In this document: positions 1 through 13,231 of the stretch, piece by piece
Layout of the letters: each line of letters opens with the position of its first letter
Numbering within the stretch: position 1 is the stretch's first letter
From: Vicugna vicugna
Taxonomy: Eukaryota
Assembly: GCA_013265495.1 (NCBI GenBank)
Contig: MU057809.1
Span: forward strand, 1 to 64,000
Direction of reading: 5' to 3'
DNA: 64,000 nt
Notes under the pieces: generated by a model
What the model was told of the DNA's origin: nothing
The model's database searches: none
What the model saw: only the letters and a program-made list of their open reading frames with translations
Made by a program: the position numbers and the translations under genes

Positions 1-1879
1 ATGTGGACTTCCTTCTCCTCCAGGCCCAGCACCGCTCTAGGAAATCGGACCTGTATTTTCTCACTTCTCATTTGGCCCTTGAGAGGCTTAAATTTGGAAG
101 CAAATACTCAGAGGAACCGTGTATCTGGCTGAGGTTCCCCAGCTAGACCCCAGCGAGCTGGGCTCCAAACCCAACAGAAGATGGCAGAGCCAGCAGCTCC
201 TGCACCCGCTCAGGCAGGGAACAGGGTGGTGGCCGCAGCCCGACCTGCATGGCTGCCCAAGGTCGGACCAGGACGAGGGCACAGACGGGGCCCGAGACAG
301 TGGGTCAGACGGCAGGACCATGGTCTGGGCCTCCCGGTGTCCTCAAAATGCTTGAGCTGTTTGCCCACTCTTGAGGCAGGGATGTAATGCAGTGGTTTTC
401 CCAGAGAAATGAGCAACTGGCTCCAATCGTGAGCAAACCTCAGACCAAACTCTCCGACCACGGCTCTGGGCACTTCAGAAATCGGGGCAGACTGTGAGTC
501 CCGGTCGGCTCCGAGTGCCATGTCCCTGAAAAACCCCAATGTGACAACCACCCTCTGGGCGTCGCTGTTCTCAGGAGAGGCACTGAGGGATGTGAGGGGG
601 TCACTTACTCCCAAGCGAAGCAATGGTACGAAGAGTGACCGTCTGCGTCACGCCGATCAGAAGACGCAGACGCCAGGCACAGAGCCCTGAAGCAAACGCG
701 CGCGCACGAGAGCCAGCGGCGAATCTGGGCAAAGGCTTATGCTCTTGAAACTCTTCTGTCTGAAATATTTTCAAAATAAAAGTTTAAAAATGAAGTCAAA
801 GGGCAAGAAACAATTAGATTTCACAAGAACCTGGACATTAAGCCTCCCTGGGGAAATCTGAGGCCTGGCCACCCAGGCCTACTCCCCAGGGCAGAGGCCG
901 CCACGCTGGGGTCCCCACTGCTGGTGGCCCCGCTCACCTGGTCAGCTTCCCCGAAGGCCCTGGAGTGTCCGAGACTCCGGGCCAGATGCCCGCTGAAGCC
1001 CAGGGACCCCAGGGGGCTGGCCGCAGGGCCTGAGGGCCTGAGGACCTGACCAGTGGTGGGCGTGGACATGCCGCTCACTTGCGCCCCAGCTCCCCAGGAC
1101 CCTGGAATGCAGGCCTGGAGCCCGGAGGCTGGGGCTGCATCCGCGCTTCCAAGACCCCCGGGACTCTGTCCTGCGAAACACTCTCTCCCCCACCCCTGAG
1201 ACGGCCGCAAGAGGGCCTGTGAGCAGGCGGACAGAAGGGATAGCAGCCTCAGCCTTCTAGGGCTCAGCTCAGGCCGATGGGCTCGGCGGGCAGCAGCTCC
1301 CTCAGGCAGGGGCCCGGCAGGTCACCCCTCCTCTGTGAGACGGAGCGGCTGACAGACCCGTAGAAGCATCAGCGCCCAGCTCGGGGCGCAGGCACCGACG
1401 GTTGTGACCGCTGCGTTCCTGCCCCACGAAGCACAATGCTCGCCCAATGCCCAGACTGGGGGTCCTGCTGCCACCCCTGGCCCTACCGTCCCCCAGAATG
1501 GTCCCTTATCCCCGTCAGCTCCCTCCTCCTCCAACGGCTGGAGCACAGTGACACCAGGTGGCCGGCACCTCCCAGCTGATGGCCACGAGCTGCAAGGAAT
1601 AATACGGAGACGGCCGGGGCGTCTGTCTCCACCTGCTCAGGTGCTCCCGGCCCCGCCCCCGCCGCCCCGGCCCAGCACCTGACCCCAGCCACCGCCAGCC
1701 TGCCTCCATCTCGGTAGCGCTGTCACTTGGAGAGTGCCATTTAAACAGGCCACGCGGCATGCAGCCTCTGGGGACCGGCCCTCTTCCTCTGGTGTGGCCA
1801 GAGACCTACCAGGTGCGGCGTGTCGCGCATTCGGGCTGACGCCTTTCCGGGGCACATGCGCCCATCGAAGGGCACCCGG

Positions 1880-3530
1880 GGTGCCTCCGGGTTGGGGCTG
1901 TTACCGATAAAACTGCTGTGAGCTAAGTGAACGTTGGGGTTTCTGCGTGAACACACTTCCCCATTTCCCTGGACAGACGCCCTGGGGTGCGATGGCGAGG
2001 TCGCGCGGCAGTCACATGTCTAGTTTCCTGAGGAACTGTGACTGCTTTCCAGGCTCTGACAACGGACACTCGCACCCGCGAGGGAGGGAGAGCCGGTCCC
2101 TCTGCGCCCCCCGGCGGGGCCGCCAGTGGGGCCCTGGGTTTCACCGCGGCCGCCCTGTGGGACAGCTCTTGGGGCTTTGCCTGGGCCTCCCTGCCGCTGA
2201 GGAGGGCGCCTCCCCTCACGTGCCCGTCCTCCACTGAGCTTCCTCTCCAGTCAGGCATCTCCGCTGCCGCTGCTGCGTCACGAGAGGCCTTCCTGTGCTG
2301 GGCACTGGCCCTTGCTCAGGAGCGTGGTCTGAACGCCTCCCCCCGGCCTGCAGGCTGTCTCTCCCCTTCTTCACAGGGCCTTTCGAAGAGCAGGTGCTTT
2401 AAACCTGGACGGGCCCGAGTTACATTACCCATCCTCCCTCTTCGGCTCAGGCCGAGCCTGAGGACTCGCTGCTCCTGCCCAGTCCCAGGCCCAGAGGTTC
2501 TCTCCTGGGCTTCCCCAGAAGCGCTACAGTTCACATCGTCTGGGACTCGCTTGGAGCTGACGTTTCAGTAAAACGTGATGGAGACCGAGGTTCGTTTGTT
2601 GGCCAGCGACTCCAACTGCGCCAGCTTGTCTGCAGGAAAAGACTATCCTTCCTCCACTGAGCAGTTCTCACACTTTCGTCAGACGCCAGCTGGGCGCATC
2701 CTGTGGGTCTGTTTCCGGATTCCCTGTCCTGTCCCGCTGAGTACGCGTCGCGTCTCGATCACTGCAGCTCGGCAATCAGCTAACTCAGCAGAGCGAGCCC
2801 CCCCCCACCGGCGGTCCCTTCCAGTGTGGACCCGGCCATTCTAGGTCCTGTATCTTTCCACATAAATCTTGGTATGAGCTTGTGGACACCCACCCAGAAA
2901 ACCTGCTGAGATCACTGGTAGCAACCGCATTAAACCTGAACACTAATCTGGGGAGAACTGACATCTTTGCTACGTTGAGGCTTCGGATCCGTGACCAGGC
3001 GAGGCTCTCCATCGTGAGGTTTCTTTGATTCCTCTCATCAGCGTTTTACCATTTCAAGTGTCCTGTATGGGGTAAGTTTATACAAAAGCCTTTCCTTCTA
3101 CTTGGAGTAACTGCAGGGGTGCCCTCTTTTAATCGGTTTACACGTGTTAATCGTTACTATATGGAAACGGGATCAACGTTTGTGTGTTAATCTTGTAGAC
3201 TGATCTGATCGAACTCACAGATTAGCTCTAGGAATTTCTGCAGATGCCTTGGGAGCGTCTCCACGGAAACGACTGAAGACAGTTGAATTTCTTCTCTCCA
3301 AGCTGTACACCTTGTATTCCTCTTCTTGTCTCATTGCACCAGCGAGGACGTCCAGTACGAAGCTGAGAAGCCGTGGTGAGAGGGGACACCCTTGCCCTGT
3401 TCCTGATCCTAGTGGGGAAGCTTCTAGTCTCTTGCTGTCAAGAATGATGCCAGCCATAGGTTTTGCAGGCCTCCCTTATCTAACTGAGGACGTTCCTCTC
3501 CATTCCCGTTTTTCTGAGCGTTTTTATGAC
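1880..3530 (-). mobile_element. Old LINE-1 fragment (ORF2 RT and 3' region)
   Basis: Minus-strand ORFs [25 protein letters not shown] and NVAKMSVLPRLVFRFNA are L1 ORF2-like; boundaries approximate. Confidence 0.8.
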
Positions 3531-3930
3531 TATGATGGATACACAAAAGGTGGTCCACCCATACAACGGACCACGATTCAGCCACAAAGAGGAATGAAGT
3601 TCTGACACGTGTTAGGAGACCAGCGAGGCTCGGAAATACCGTGTTAAATGACAGAAACCAGACACCAAAGAGCACGTAGTGAATGACCTCGTTTGTGTGA
3701 AGCGGGCAGTAAGGGCAAAACCAGAGACAAAAAGCAGACTTGTGGCCAGTGGGTGGGGTGGGGAGTGACCGTGAAGGGCACGGGGTCTCCCTCCAGGGCG
3801 GAGCTCACGTCGCAGAACCGGATGGAGGCGGCGGCTGCACAGCGTGCTGATGGACTAGATGCTACCGAACCGTTCACTTTAAAACTGGTGAATTTTATGT
3901 TATGTGAATTTCATCTCAAAAAAAAAATGA
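3530..3930 (+). mobile_element. LINE-1 3' end (L1MB-like)
   Basis: ...gccacaaagaggaatgaagttctgacac...cactttaaactggtgaattttatgttatgtgaatttcatctc plus A tail. Confidence 0.75.
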
Positions 3931-4879
3931 ACTACAGCTACATTCTTCACTATTCACAAATCTCAAAACATGGGATTGAACGAGAAGTAAGACACACAGG
4001 AATACAAACAGAACGCCTCCATTTACACAAAGGTTTGAGACAGGCAAAACTTGAGAGCCCGTTAGCGGGCTGTGCGCGGCGCAGGGCCCCACGGCGCGGC
4101 GGGCCGCTCTCCGCACCGCGGAGCCCCTCCACTCTCAGCCCGGGCGGCGGTTTCACGGCGCGTTTGGCTGGAATGCTTCAGACACACTGTGAACCTGAGG
4201 AGAAGACAGAGTGCCGCTCTTCCCGACGACCGCGAATCCGAAACGCACCTCTAAAAGGATAAAGGACAAACCAGCAGGACAGGGGAGCGGCAACACCGGG
4301 TGCGCTGACCCCGCACGGGCGACCTGAACCCCCCGCGGCGGGCTCGAGCGCCCCCCGCAGCTCAGGGCGGCTCTGCCGTGGCTCCCGCGCCCTCCCCGGA
4401 GGAGGGGGTGGCCCGCCGAGCCTGCCTCGGAATACTGTTCCCGACTAGTCCCAGAGGCCTCTTGCAGCAGTCAGTGAACACGCCTCACCAATGACAAGCC
4501 AGCTCAGAGACCTCACCCGGCTCCCAGAGTGGAGGTAACACCCTTGGTCGTGACTGACAGATGGTCCCCCAAGGCCTCAGGAGCTGGAGCCCACGCCCCA
4601 AACCCAGAGCCCTGGGTGCCCCGCCCAGCCCGTCGGCCCCAGAGGCTGTCTTGGTGCAGGACACCGGCTCCCTCCTCGCTGGGCCCCGCCCCTCCCTCCC
4701 TGAGGCCCACCCCCCAGAGACCCTCACAACCACACTGTCCTTGGCCACAGCCGGCTCGCCCTGCGAAGGTGCTATCTTCTCCACAAGAGCACCACCAGGC
4801 ATGAGACAGAGGAGGGTCCATTCGCCAATAAGAGTGCAAGACGTGCCCTCGGAAGACAGCAGAGCACCGCCGAGAAGTG

Positions 4880-6030
4880 AACGAGCTCGGTGAACGGGGA
4901 GGCGGCTCGTCCAGGACTTAGAAGCCTCGATCCTGGCAAGATGCTGGTTCTGCACCAAACTGATCTATAAACTCAATGCAGACTTTTTAAATAGAAAGTT
5001 ATCTGAAATTCATATGGAGATGCAAAGGGCCTAAAATAGCCCAGACGGTTCTGAAAGAGAAGAACATAGCGGGAGAGGGCTTCCACGGCCTGATTTCACA
5101 GCTGACTGCGGAGCCACAGTCATCGAGACTGCAGCATCGGGGTGACGAGGTGGCACACAGGCCAGCGGAGCGGAGCTGAGGGCCCAGGAACAAACCCCCA
5201 CATTTATGGTCAGTTGAGTTTTGACCAAGTTCCAGGACAGGTCACTGCAGGAATCACAGCCTTCCCCACGAATGGTGATGGGACAGCTGGAAATCCACAT
5301 GAGAAAAATGACCTTAGACCCCTACCTCACACCACACACAAAAAGTAGCTCAAAATGGATCACAGACCTAAATGGAAGAGCTGAAACAATGAAACACTTT
5401 CAGAAGAAAACGTCTTCTAAGAGAAAGTCTTCATTGATGCGGGTGAGGCACAGATTTCTTAGATATGACAACAAACGCATGATTCACGAAACAAAAAAGT
5501 TGATTAATTGGATTTTAAAAGACACCGTTCAGAAAATGAAATGCCCAAACCACAGACTGGGAGAAGACACCTGCAGTCCATGCATCTGATGAGGGGCTCG
5601 TATCCAGAACAGACAGAGAGCTCCTGAAACTCAGCAGCACAAAGACCAGGACTCAAAAAGTGAGCAAAAGATCTGAACAGACATTTTGCCAAAGAAGTTG
5701 TACAAACGGCTAAGAAGCACATGAAAAGACACCCGATCTCAGCAGTCATCAGGGAAATGCAAACACCACCACCACCAGATTCCCCCACGCACCCACACAG
5801 CGACTGCAATCAGAGGACAGACGGCACGGAACACCAGCGCGGGCGTGGAGAAACGGGCGCTTGTGCAGCGCGGTGGGCAGTGTGCACGGTGCAGCCGCTT
5901 CGGAAAACAGTTGGGTGGTTTCCTAAAAAGTCAGACATGAAGTTAGCATACGACCCAGAAATTCCTCCGCTAGGAGCCCATCCAAGGGAAACGAGAACGT
6001 GTGTCCACGCAGACGCGCACGAGGGTGTCC
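4880..6030 (+). mobile_element. Old LINE-1 ORF2 3' fragment
   Basis: LDPYLTPHTKSSSKWITDLN; gcaaaagatctgaacagacattttgccaaagaag. Confidence 0.8.
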
Positions 6031-6457
6031 ACAGCGGCGGCCTCCCCTCCCCCGCAGCCCCGCAGCCACCGCCCGCCCCCACCAGGTCTGCACAGACGAG
6101 ATGGCAGCCCCCACCCCAAGCAGCCCTCAACTGGCCAGGGAGCTCTAAAAATCCCACTCTCGACGCCCACCTCCGGCTGCTGACGCCCTGCAGGTGGACC
6201 CTGGGTCAGGTAAGCCATCCGCCCACGGACACGCACCTGGGAAAGGACAGAAGCAGGACAGGGGAGCCCAAGTTCACGCTGGACGGCTGAGCCAGGCCCT
6301 GAGGAGCCTCAGCCTCACCGGTTTTCCAAGGGAACGGTCTCAGTGCTTCTGGATGGTCGGGGCATAAATCCTAAGACAGGAACGTTCAGACTCATGAGCA
6401 GTGAGCGACGGCAGGGGGCACACAGATGACACGGGCTCTTCCTCTCCAGGCTCTGGG

Positions 6458-6724
6458 TCACAGCAGCGACAAAATCACAGATGGCAAAACAGCAAAGCCG
6501 CGTCCCCCCCGCACTGCTTTTTCAGAACCACCATCGTCTCCAACGGCTAAGCCTTGTCTTCCGCGAAAGCCTGGCCTGGAAGTGGCCCTTCTGAGTCTGG
6601 ACCCGCCAAACTCGTGATCAGTCACATGAAATCGCACGACGAGGAACCTGCCCGCAGCGAAGCCGAGCCTTCACACAAGGAGTCAGGAGTGAGCCGCGTC
6701 GAGCGAACGCAATGAAAACCAGGA
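6458..6724 (-). pseudogene. Nested gene putative last coding exon N15
   Basis: SWFSLRSLDAAHS*LLV*RLGFAAGRFLVVRFHVTDHEF...RGGRGFAVLPSVILSLL*; internal TGA at 6683-85 and 6671-73; acceptor AG apparently lost (tgtttaaa). Confidence 0.4.
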
Positions 6725-7199
6725 TTTAAACACAGAAACTGGCCACCGGCCCAGCCATCACAGGAAGGGGCTCGAGCCCAGCAGATCTGTCAGTGGAGCT
6801 CGCGGCTGCACAGGGACAGGGTGCCCAGTTTCCCCAGGAGGCAAGACCAAGGGGGCACAGAGGTGGGGGCCGCAGGAGGGGGGAGAAAGCGAGCTTAGAG
6901 GCGAAGGCCACCTCTGCCCGCCTGGTGCCCTCCCTGGGCACCCCGCAGGATGCCCTGTGGCCAGACCCCACTTCTCCAGCCACCACCTCCACCATCGGGC
7001 TGCTGTCACCCCAAGCCTGGCCCCGTCAAGTCCGTCAGCCAAACCCGGGGCCCAACCTGGCACTGCCAGCAGGCTGCCCCCTCCAGCCTGGCCTCTCTTG
7101 GGTCCCTGCTGCCTCCAGGCCTCCCCATCCGTCCTCCACCTGCAGCCTCCATGCTCGGGAACCCCACGGCCCTGCTGCCTGTGAACTAGGTTCCCAAAC

Positions 7200-7340
7200 C
7201 CTGACTCGGTCCTCTCGTGAGGCCACGTGCTCTGTCCTTAAGCATTCAAAGCATTTCATTGTACGTCTACACAGGTGCAAAAGGGAGTCATTTCTGACCT
7301 CTGTAAACGCTGACACTTTAACCACTGAAATTACTATTAC
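7200..7340 (-). pseudogene. Nested gene exon N14 (zinc-ribbon-like motif)
   Basis: ttttatttcattgtctgtttgaaag| acceptor, AGG|GTTTGG donor; 141 nt, phase 0-0, open: VIVISVVKVSAFTEVRNDSLLHLCRRTMKCFECLRTEHVASREDRVR. Confidence 0.6.
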
Positions 7341-7389
7341 CTTTCAAACAGACAATGAAATAAAACCCCGTGGCTGGTAGTTAGCGTCT

Positions 7390-7800
7390 CGCATCATCCT
7401 GACCGGGCCAAGGGACGCCCACTTAGTGGGTCATGTGGCTTCCGGGTGAGGCTGGGAGGGCCAGACCGAGGGGAAACAGCCCTCCCTGGCATGGGCGGCA
7501 CCGTCCCGGCCCTCGCGGGCCCAACAGAACAGAAATGCGGAGGAAGCGACAGCTGCTCTCTGCCTGAGCCGGACGTCCACCCTCCCCTGCCGTTAGACAT
7601 CAGGGCTCCTGGCCCTCGAGCCTTCAACTCTCTGGGCGTCCAGCTCGCAGATGGCGGGTGGTGGGACTTCCTGGTCCCCGTGACCACGAGAGCCAGTCCC
7701 GACACGAAACGCCCCCGGAACGTCTGCGCCCACCGGTCCTGCTCCTCTGGAGAAGCAAGGCTCTCCACGGTGACTGGACACCCAGTGGCGCTTTCAAACA
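7390..7800 (+). mobile_element. ERVL LTR remnant (MLT2-like)
   Basis: Recalled similarity: cctgccgttagacatcagggctcctggccctcgagccttc...tggtgggacttc. Confidence 0.55.
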
Positions 7801-8150
7801 CGACCTATGGGGTGGAAGAGCCTCTGGCTGGCATCTGTGCGCTGTTCCCTCTGTGCCTGGACGGACATTCACACTGTTTGCCCACTTAAACTAATGTGAA
7901 AAAACACTTACACTTAAAGGTGTCTTATCGATCACCCTCCCATGCTTCTGTCGGAGATACATGAGTTTTTGGATTTTTTCCTTATGTCTATGAGACTCTA
8001 AGTATTAAAATTTTCCTTCGAGACTGAGTTTCTTGGGGGGTTTTGGGCACGTAGTTGACTAAAACTGAGACATTAAATTCTGATTAAGTTACTAAAGTGA
8101 AAGAGTAGAAATCATTTTCGTTGTGGAGATACGTCACTTAGAGCACTCAC

Positions 8151-8242
8151 GCTGGTGCTGGTTTTTAGGGCCTTATGGAAAGCAGTCCGATGTTTGGTGG
8201 CCGGAGGCTTGTACACCTCGGGGCAGTCCACCCAGGTAAGAC
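8151..8242 (-). pseudogene. Nested gene exon N13
   Basis: ctctcgccctcag| acceptor, AGC|GTGAGT donor; 92 nt, phase 1-0, open: LTWVDCPEVYKPPATKHRTAFHKALKTSTS. Confidence 0.6.
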
Positions 8243-11111
8243 CTGAGGGCGAGAGTGGGAGGGGGTTGAGCTTGAGAAGGACGAGGAAGGCCGACCTCGG
8301 CTGCAGAGGCCGTCCCTGGCAGGTCAGTCCCAGAGCTCGAAACCAGAGGCCAAGACTCGGCACTCTGCCCCTGTCTGGGCGGCCCTGGAGGTTTACACAG
8401 CAAGTCTGCTGGAGGCCCACGGCCCTCAGCAAGGGCAGGACCAGCTGCCAGCCCTGCTGGCCTTGTCAGTTCTGCCCCGCTAGGCTCTTATCGGCACTCA
8501 GATTGTCCCTCTGCTGGAAACTTGCTTCTCTGCAGCACACATTTTTCAGTTTCGGGGTTGGAACAGCCCCTCCTCCAAGAGGCCGTCCCTGGCTGCTCTG
8601 TCCAGCAGAGACCCCCGCCCACCCCGGCTCTGGGCATTTCCCACATGCTCGTCCCCCACCCGCCTCTCCTGCCCTGGGACAGAGCAGGAGCACCTGCTGG
8701 ATGGACAGCTGAGCGGGAGCAGGCTCCCGCCCAGGGACCGGGGCTCTCCTGCCTTCAAGGGCAGAGGGAACATTCCCGAAGTTCACAGAGGTGACGTCAT
8801 TGGCCAAGGTCACGCAGCCTGCAAACAGCAAGGCCGGCACAAGTCTCAGGTCGTCCAGGGCCAGCTGTGCTCCCCACCCTCTGCTGCCAGAGGCCTCGGC
8901 CTTTTCCTAAAACGGCCTCTGAAGTCACCCCCACTCTGGGCCAGAACTTAGAGGCCCCAGGGTCATGGGCCATCCAACCCCTACCACCTTCGTAAAGCTT
9001 CTTGGGGCTCCTCCCCACAGGACCCACCCGACGCACACGCAGCCGCGTCCAGGGTCCAGAGAGGGGGCCGCTTTCCCCAGGGGGGAGCAAGGAAGAGCCC
9101 TGCGGGCCGGCTGGACTCCAGCCTGGCCAAGCGGGGACCACATCCATGCAGGCTGCTTCCCCCCGAGTTCCCGTCTCCTTACCTGTAAAACAGACAGCAA
9201 CTGAGACACACCTGCAGGGTGACCGCAAGGGACAGATGAAATTACATATGTCAGGTGCTCACGGGCTGGTGCAGATGGAGCCCCAATGGACACAAAATCA
9301 ACAAAAACATCCAACCCACTCAGTGCGAACTCACTGACTCACACTACAGTGCCACCTGTCACTATGTGACAGACCACGGGGAACCCAGAGACGACACAAC
9401 TCACCACCTTCACGAGCCGGCAGGACGCTGGGCAGCTCCCCTCCCATGGTGCCGCTGGTGGCTGGGGCGCCCCTTTCAAGCCTGGCTCTGCTCCAGCCTC
9501 TTTGCTGATTCTTGAACATTCCAGGCATGCCCCTGACCCCAGGGCCTTTGCACCTGCACCCCTGCTGCATGAATGCTCTTTCCTCAAGCACCAGCCTGAT
9601 TCACTTCTTCTGTTCCTCCGGCTTGTCCTCAAACCTCCTTCTGAGCAAGGCCTCCCAGGCACCCCCATTCCCGGCGGTCCTTGTCACCCCTGAGCACTTG
9701 TGAACTTGAGCTGTTTACTTGCTGGCTTTGTCTTCCTCTGAGAAGGAGCTCGGTAAAGGGCGGCGGGGGGGGGGTGGGCAGTCTGCCTATTTCACGATGC
9801 GTCTCCAGCCCTAGAGCAGGATACAAGCTGCCTGGCCCATCCCAGGGGCATGTGTCCAACTGCCAGTCGTGATTCAGAGTCCAGAGACATCCCTGGGCAG
9901 ACGAGAGCTCGCCCCAGCCAGGCTCTCCAGCCCCAGTGTCCCCTCCTCACCCAGGGGCTGACGGGCCCTACCCCCCAGGTCCATTTGGTTCCACAAGCTG
10001 GAGCACAGGGCTGCTCGTTGGGACAAAAGGCCTGCGCAGACGGGAGCGGGGACCTCCCACCCCGTCTGGAAACCGGTTCACATGCCTTTGAGAGACCAGG
10101 AACCCCTTCTGACCAGCACAAGGCTTTCTGAATCCATCTCCTCCTGCCCACCAAGAGCACCCTCCCCGGAGGGAAGAGCAGCGCCCGTGCCCCCACCGTC
10201 TCACCGGCGGCGAGGCTGCAGATGAACGAATGGGTGACCGCCCGCCTCCCGGCCCCTCGGCTCAGGTTCAGCCTCAGTCACGTCAGGGGACCTGTGTCCA
10301 CCACCGGGAAGCATGAACTCTGAGAAGTCACGGGGCAGGTGGGCAGGGTGGGAAGCGCCCGTGGCGCCAAAGGGCTAAAGCGCTCTGCTTCAGACGGTCT
10401 GGAAACCGGGATTTGGCAGCTGACAGTACGCGGCGTGTCCTCCCCACAGCTGTTCCCGGGAGCCAGAGCACGTCTTTGTTTGCCTGACTCTTAGCAACTG
10501 TTGCTCTTTCTGAAGGACAAGCGTGAACCAGCTGTCACCCCACAAGGCGCAGCGCAGGGCAGGCTGGCTTGTCCGAGGAACAAGAAGAAAACGGCGATTT
10601 TCGGCTGGCGGCGGGTCCCAGTCTGGACCTCCTCTCACCGCCCGAGTGCTCCGTGCCCGGGAAGGCCGCGAGGGGGACCCCGTCGGAAGCTGGGGTCCAG
10701 CATGGGACGAACGCGAACCCGAGGGCAGGGCGTGCCGCACACACAGAACGGCAGGCAGCAGCACCACCCGGCCCCTTCTGGAGAGAAAGACGCTGCCCCA
10801 ACCCGGGTATCGACTGCGGGGTGACCGTGAGGACAGGAAGGACACCATGCAGAAACGGGTGTCTGGTGGCCATGGTTTGTTCCAAATAGTCCAGGGTGGG
10901 GCGAGGTGGGCAGGAGGATACACCAGCCTGGCTGGGAGCTGACGTCCTCAGCTGGCTCGACACGCTGCCCTCCTGCTGCCGTCCGCGGTTGACGACCCCC
11001 TGCCCCGGCCAGATGCTAAAAAACTGAATCGTGTGGTCATTTTTACCCTAGTGAAGAACCACCACAATGCCTTTCATGATGCTAGACAAAAACCGTTTTC
11101 TGTAGTAAGAA

Positions 11112-11446
11112 GCACACACCACATACACACCACACAGACACACCACGAACACACACACACCACACAGACACACACGCCACACACACACATCACGCACACC
11201 ACATACACACACTCACACCACATACACATACCACACATACCACATACACACCAGGCACACCACGAACACACACACCACACACACCACACAGACACACACG
11301 CCACACATACACACCACGCACACGTAACACAGACACACCAGACACACAGCACGCACATTCATACCACATACACATACCACACACCACATACACACCACAC
11401 AGACACACCATGAACACACACACCAGACACAGCACACACACCACAT
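11112..11446. repeat. CA-rich compound simple repeat
   Basis: Recurring cacacaccacatacac / acagacacaccacgaacacac motifs. Confidence 0.9.
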
Positions 11447-11649
11447 CAGCGTAAGGAGGGTCACATCTTCCAGAACGTGAAGCCAGTCCCTCTGACCCAA
11501 GAGTGAGGACGTCTGAGAGGAAGAGGCAGGGCTGTGGGGCTGACATGAGAATCCAGCCAGGAAGATGCATCGGAAAATGTCCACACAGGGAAGACACCAT
11601 GCACCTTTCTGGTTCCTTCTTGGACTTTGTTTAAAAAAGAACAGTGGCT

Positions 11650-11795
11650 TTCCCCCATGTAAATCAATCAAGTCAGAACACTCCCTCACACTGTACACAA
11701 AAATAAACTCGAAACGGCTTAAAGACTTAAATATAAGACATGACACCATAAATCTCCAAGAAGAAAACACAGGCAAAACATTCTCTGACATAACA
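11650..11795 (+). mobile_element. Younger LINE-1 ORF2 fragment
   Basis: [39 protein letters not shown]. Confidence 0.8.
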
Positions 11796-13231
11796 TAACC
11801 CTAACCCTCTTGGGCAACCTGCGTAACCTCTCTGTGCCTCATCTGTCCAGGGGCCACGACAATGCCAGCATTGTTCTAACAACACGATACAGACGAGGCC
11901 TGAGGTCCGGGGCTAGCCCAGAGCACACCGTGTGGTGGAGGATCCAGAGACCCGCTCTCAGCCCCCCAGCTGAGCACAGCCTCCGAACCCTGCTGGGGCC
12001 ACGTGGCCCACGAGGTGCTGACTGGAGGTCTCCCCTGCCCGGAGCAAGCCTAGCTTTGTGTAAGAAAGAAAATCAAATTCTTTGCATGTTCAAGCAATTA
12101 AGCATCTCCCTGGATGAGACCCCGCACTTCCCAAAATGCTAATTTTGTTTTCCAGTGTTGCCTAAAGGGAAGCAGTAAGCCCCAAAGACGGAGCCAGGCT
12201 GGAGAAGCAGAGCCGGTCCCCCAGGCCATGTGTGAATTCAGCAGACTAGCGTGTTTTTCCCATCACCTGGGGGCCTGAGACAACCGGTGGAAAAACAGAC
12301 CGCAGAGATCACCGGGTGGGGGGAGACAGACAGCTGTGCACCAGGGGTGCAGCCAGAGGCCTGTCTTATCAGAGCCCAGGGAGCAGGACCCGCTGCCAGC
12401 AAGGCTGCCCAGGAAGATGCCTTGCCTGCCAGCCCATCTGGCGGCTCCAGTAAGGGGGCCCCAGCAGAGGGCTGGACGCACAGTGCTGCTGCCTGGACCC
12501 TGCCCTACAGGCACACACAGGGCCTCCTAACCATCACACTTTCGGGGCTCCCAGGGGATGCCCTGTCCCAGGCACCCTGGTCGGGGGAACCAGGAAGGAA
12601 CCTAATTGAATCTGACTGAACCCAAGGGCTCCCCCCACAGGCCTGGGGTGCACCCTCAGGGGACCAGCCGGGACCCACAGCACATCTCAGGGCTCCACAG
12701 CATCCCAAGGGCCACCTTCTGTGTCCCCAGGAAGGACAACAGATCTGCTGTTGCTCACAACAGCTGCACCCAAGTGAGAAGGCTGCACCCACCACCACCA
12801 GTACCCTCACCAGGACTCAGCTCTTCAGAAGGGCCCTGAAGGGGCCACCTGGGGCATGAGGACACCCCATTCCCAGTGCCAGCTCGGACATGTGGTGCAT
12901 GGCCTGGAGCAAGGGGCAAGGGCCCTCCCCTCACTGGGCCTGGAAAACTTTGTTCACAGAGACAGAGCAACCAGCCAGCCTTCCAGATCCTTCCTGTGTG
13001 TCCCAAGGCCAGAGCAGCCTGATCACCTGCCTCAGGTCCAGGATGATACAGAGAATGACACTGTGGAGTGGTCTCAGGGCCACCGCAGCCCCTTCCTCAG
13101 ACTCAGCGCTGAGGGGCAGAGGGCTCTGGCTATGGGCGCCACCTGGATGGTTAGGCCAATCTCAGAGGGGCAAAGCTTCATCCAGACAGAAGCTGACTAG
13201 CTTAGCCCCATCCTCAAGTCAGAGGGCCACA

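Noticed and set aside
8169..8235. Plus-strand (antisense) exon ttttag|...CAG|GTAAGA
   Set aside because: Overlaps the better-supported minus-strand exon N13 and has no partner exons.
11033..11791. His/Thr-rich and Cys/Val-rich ORFs
   Set aside because: Translations of a CA-rich repeat plus an L1 fragment.
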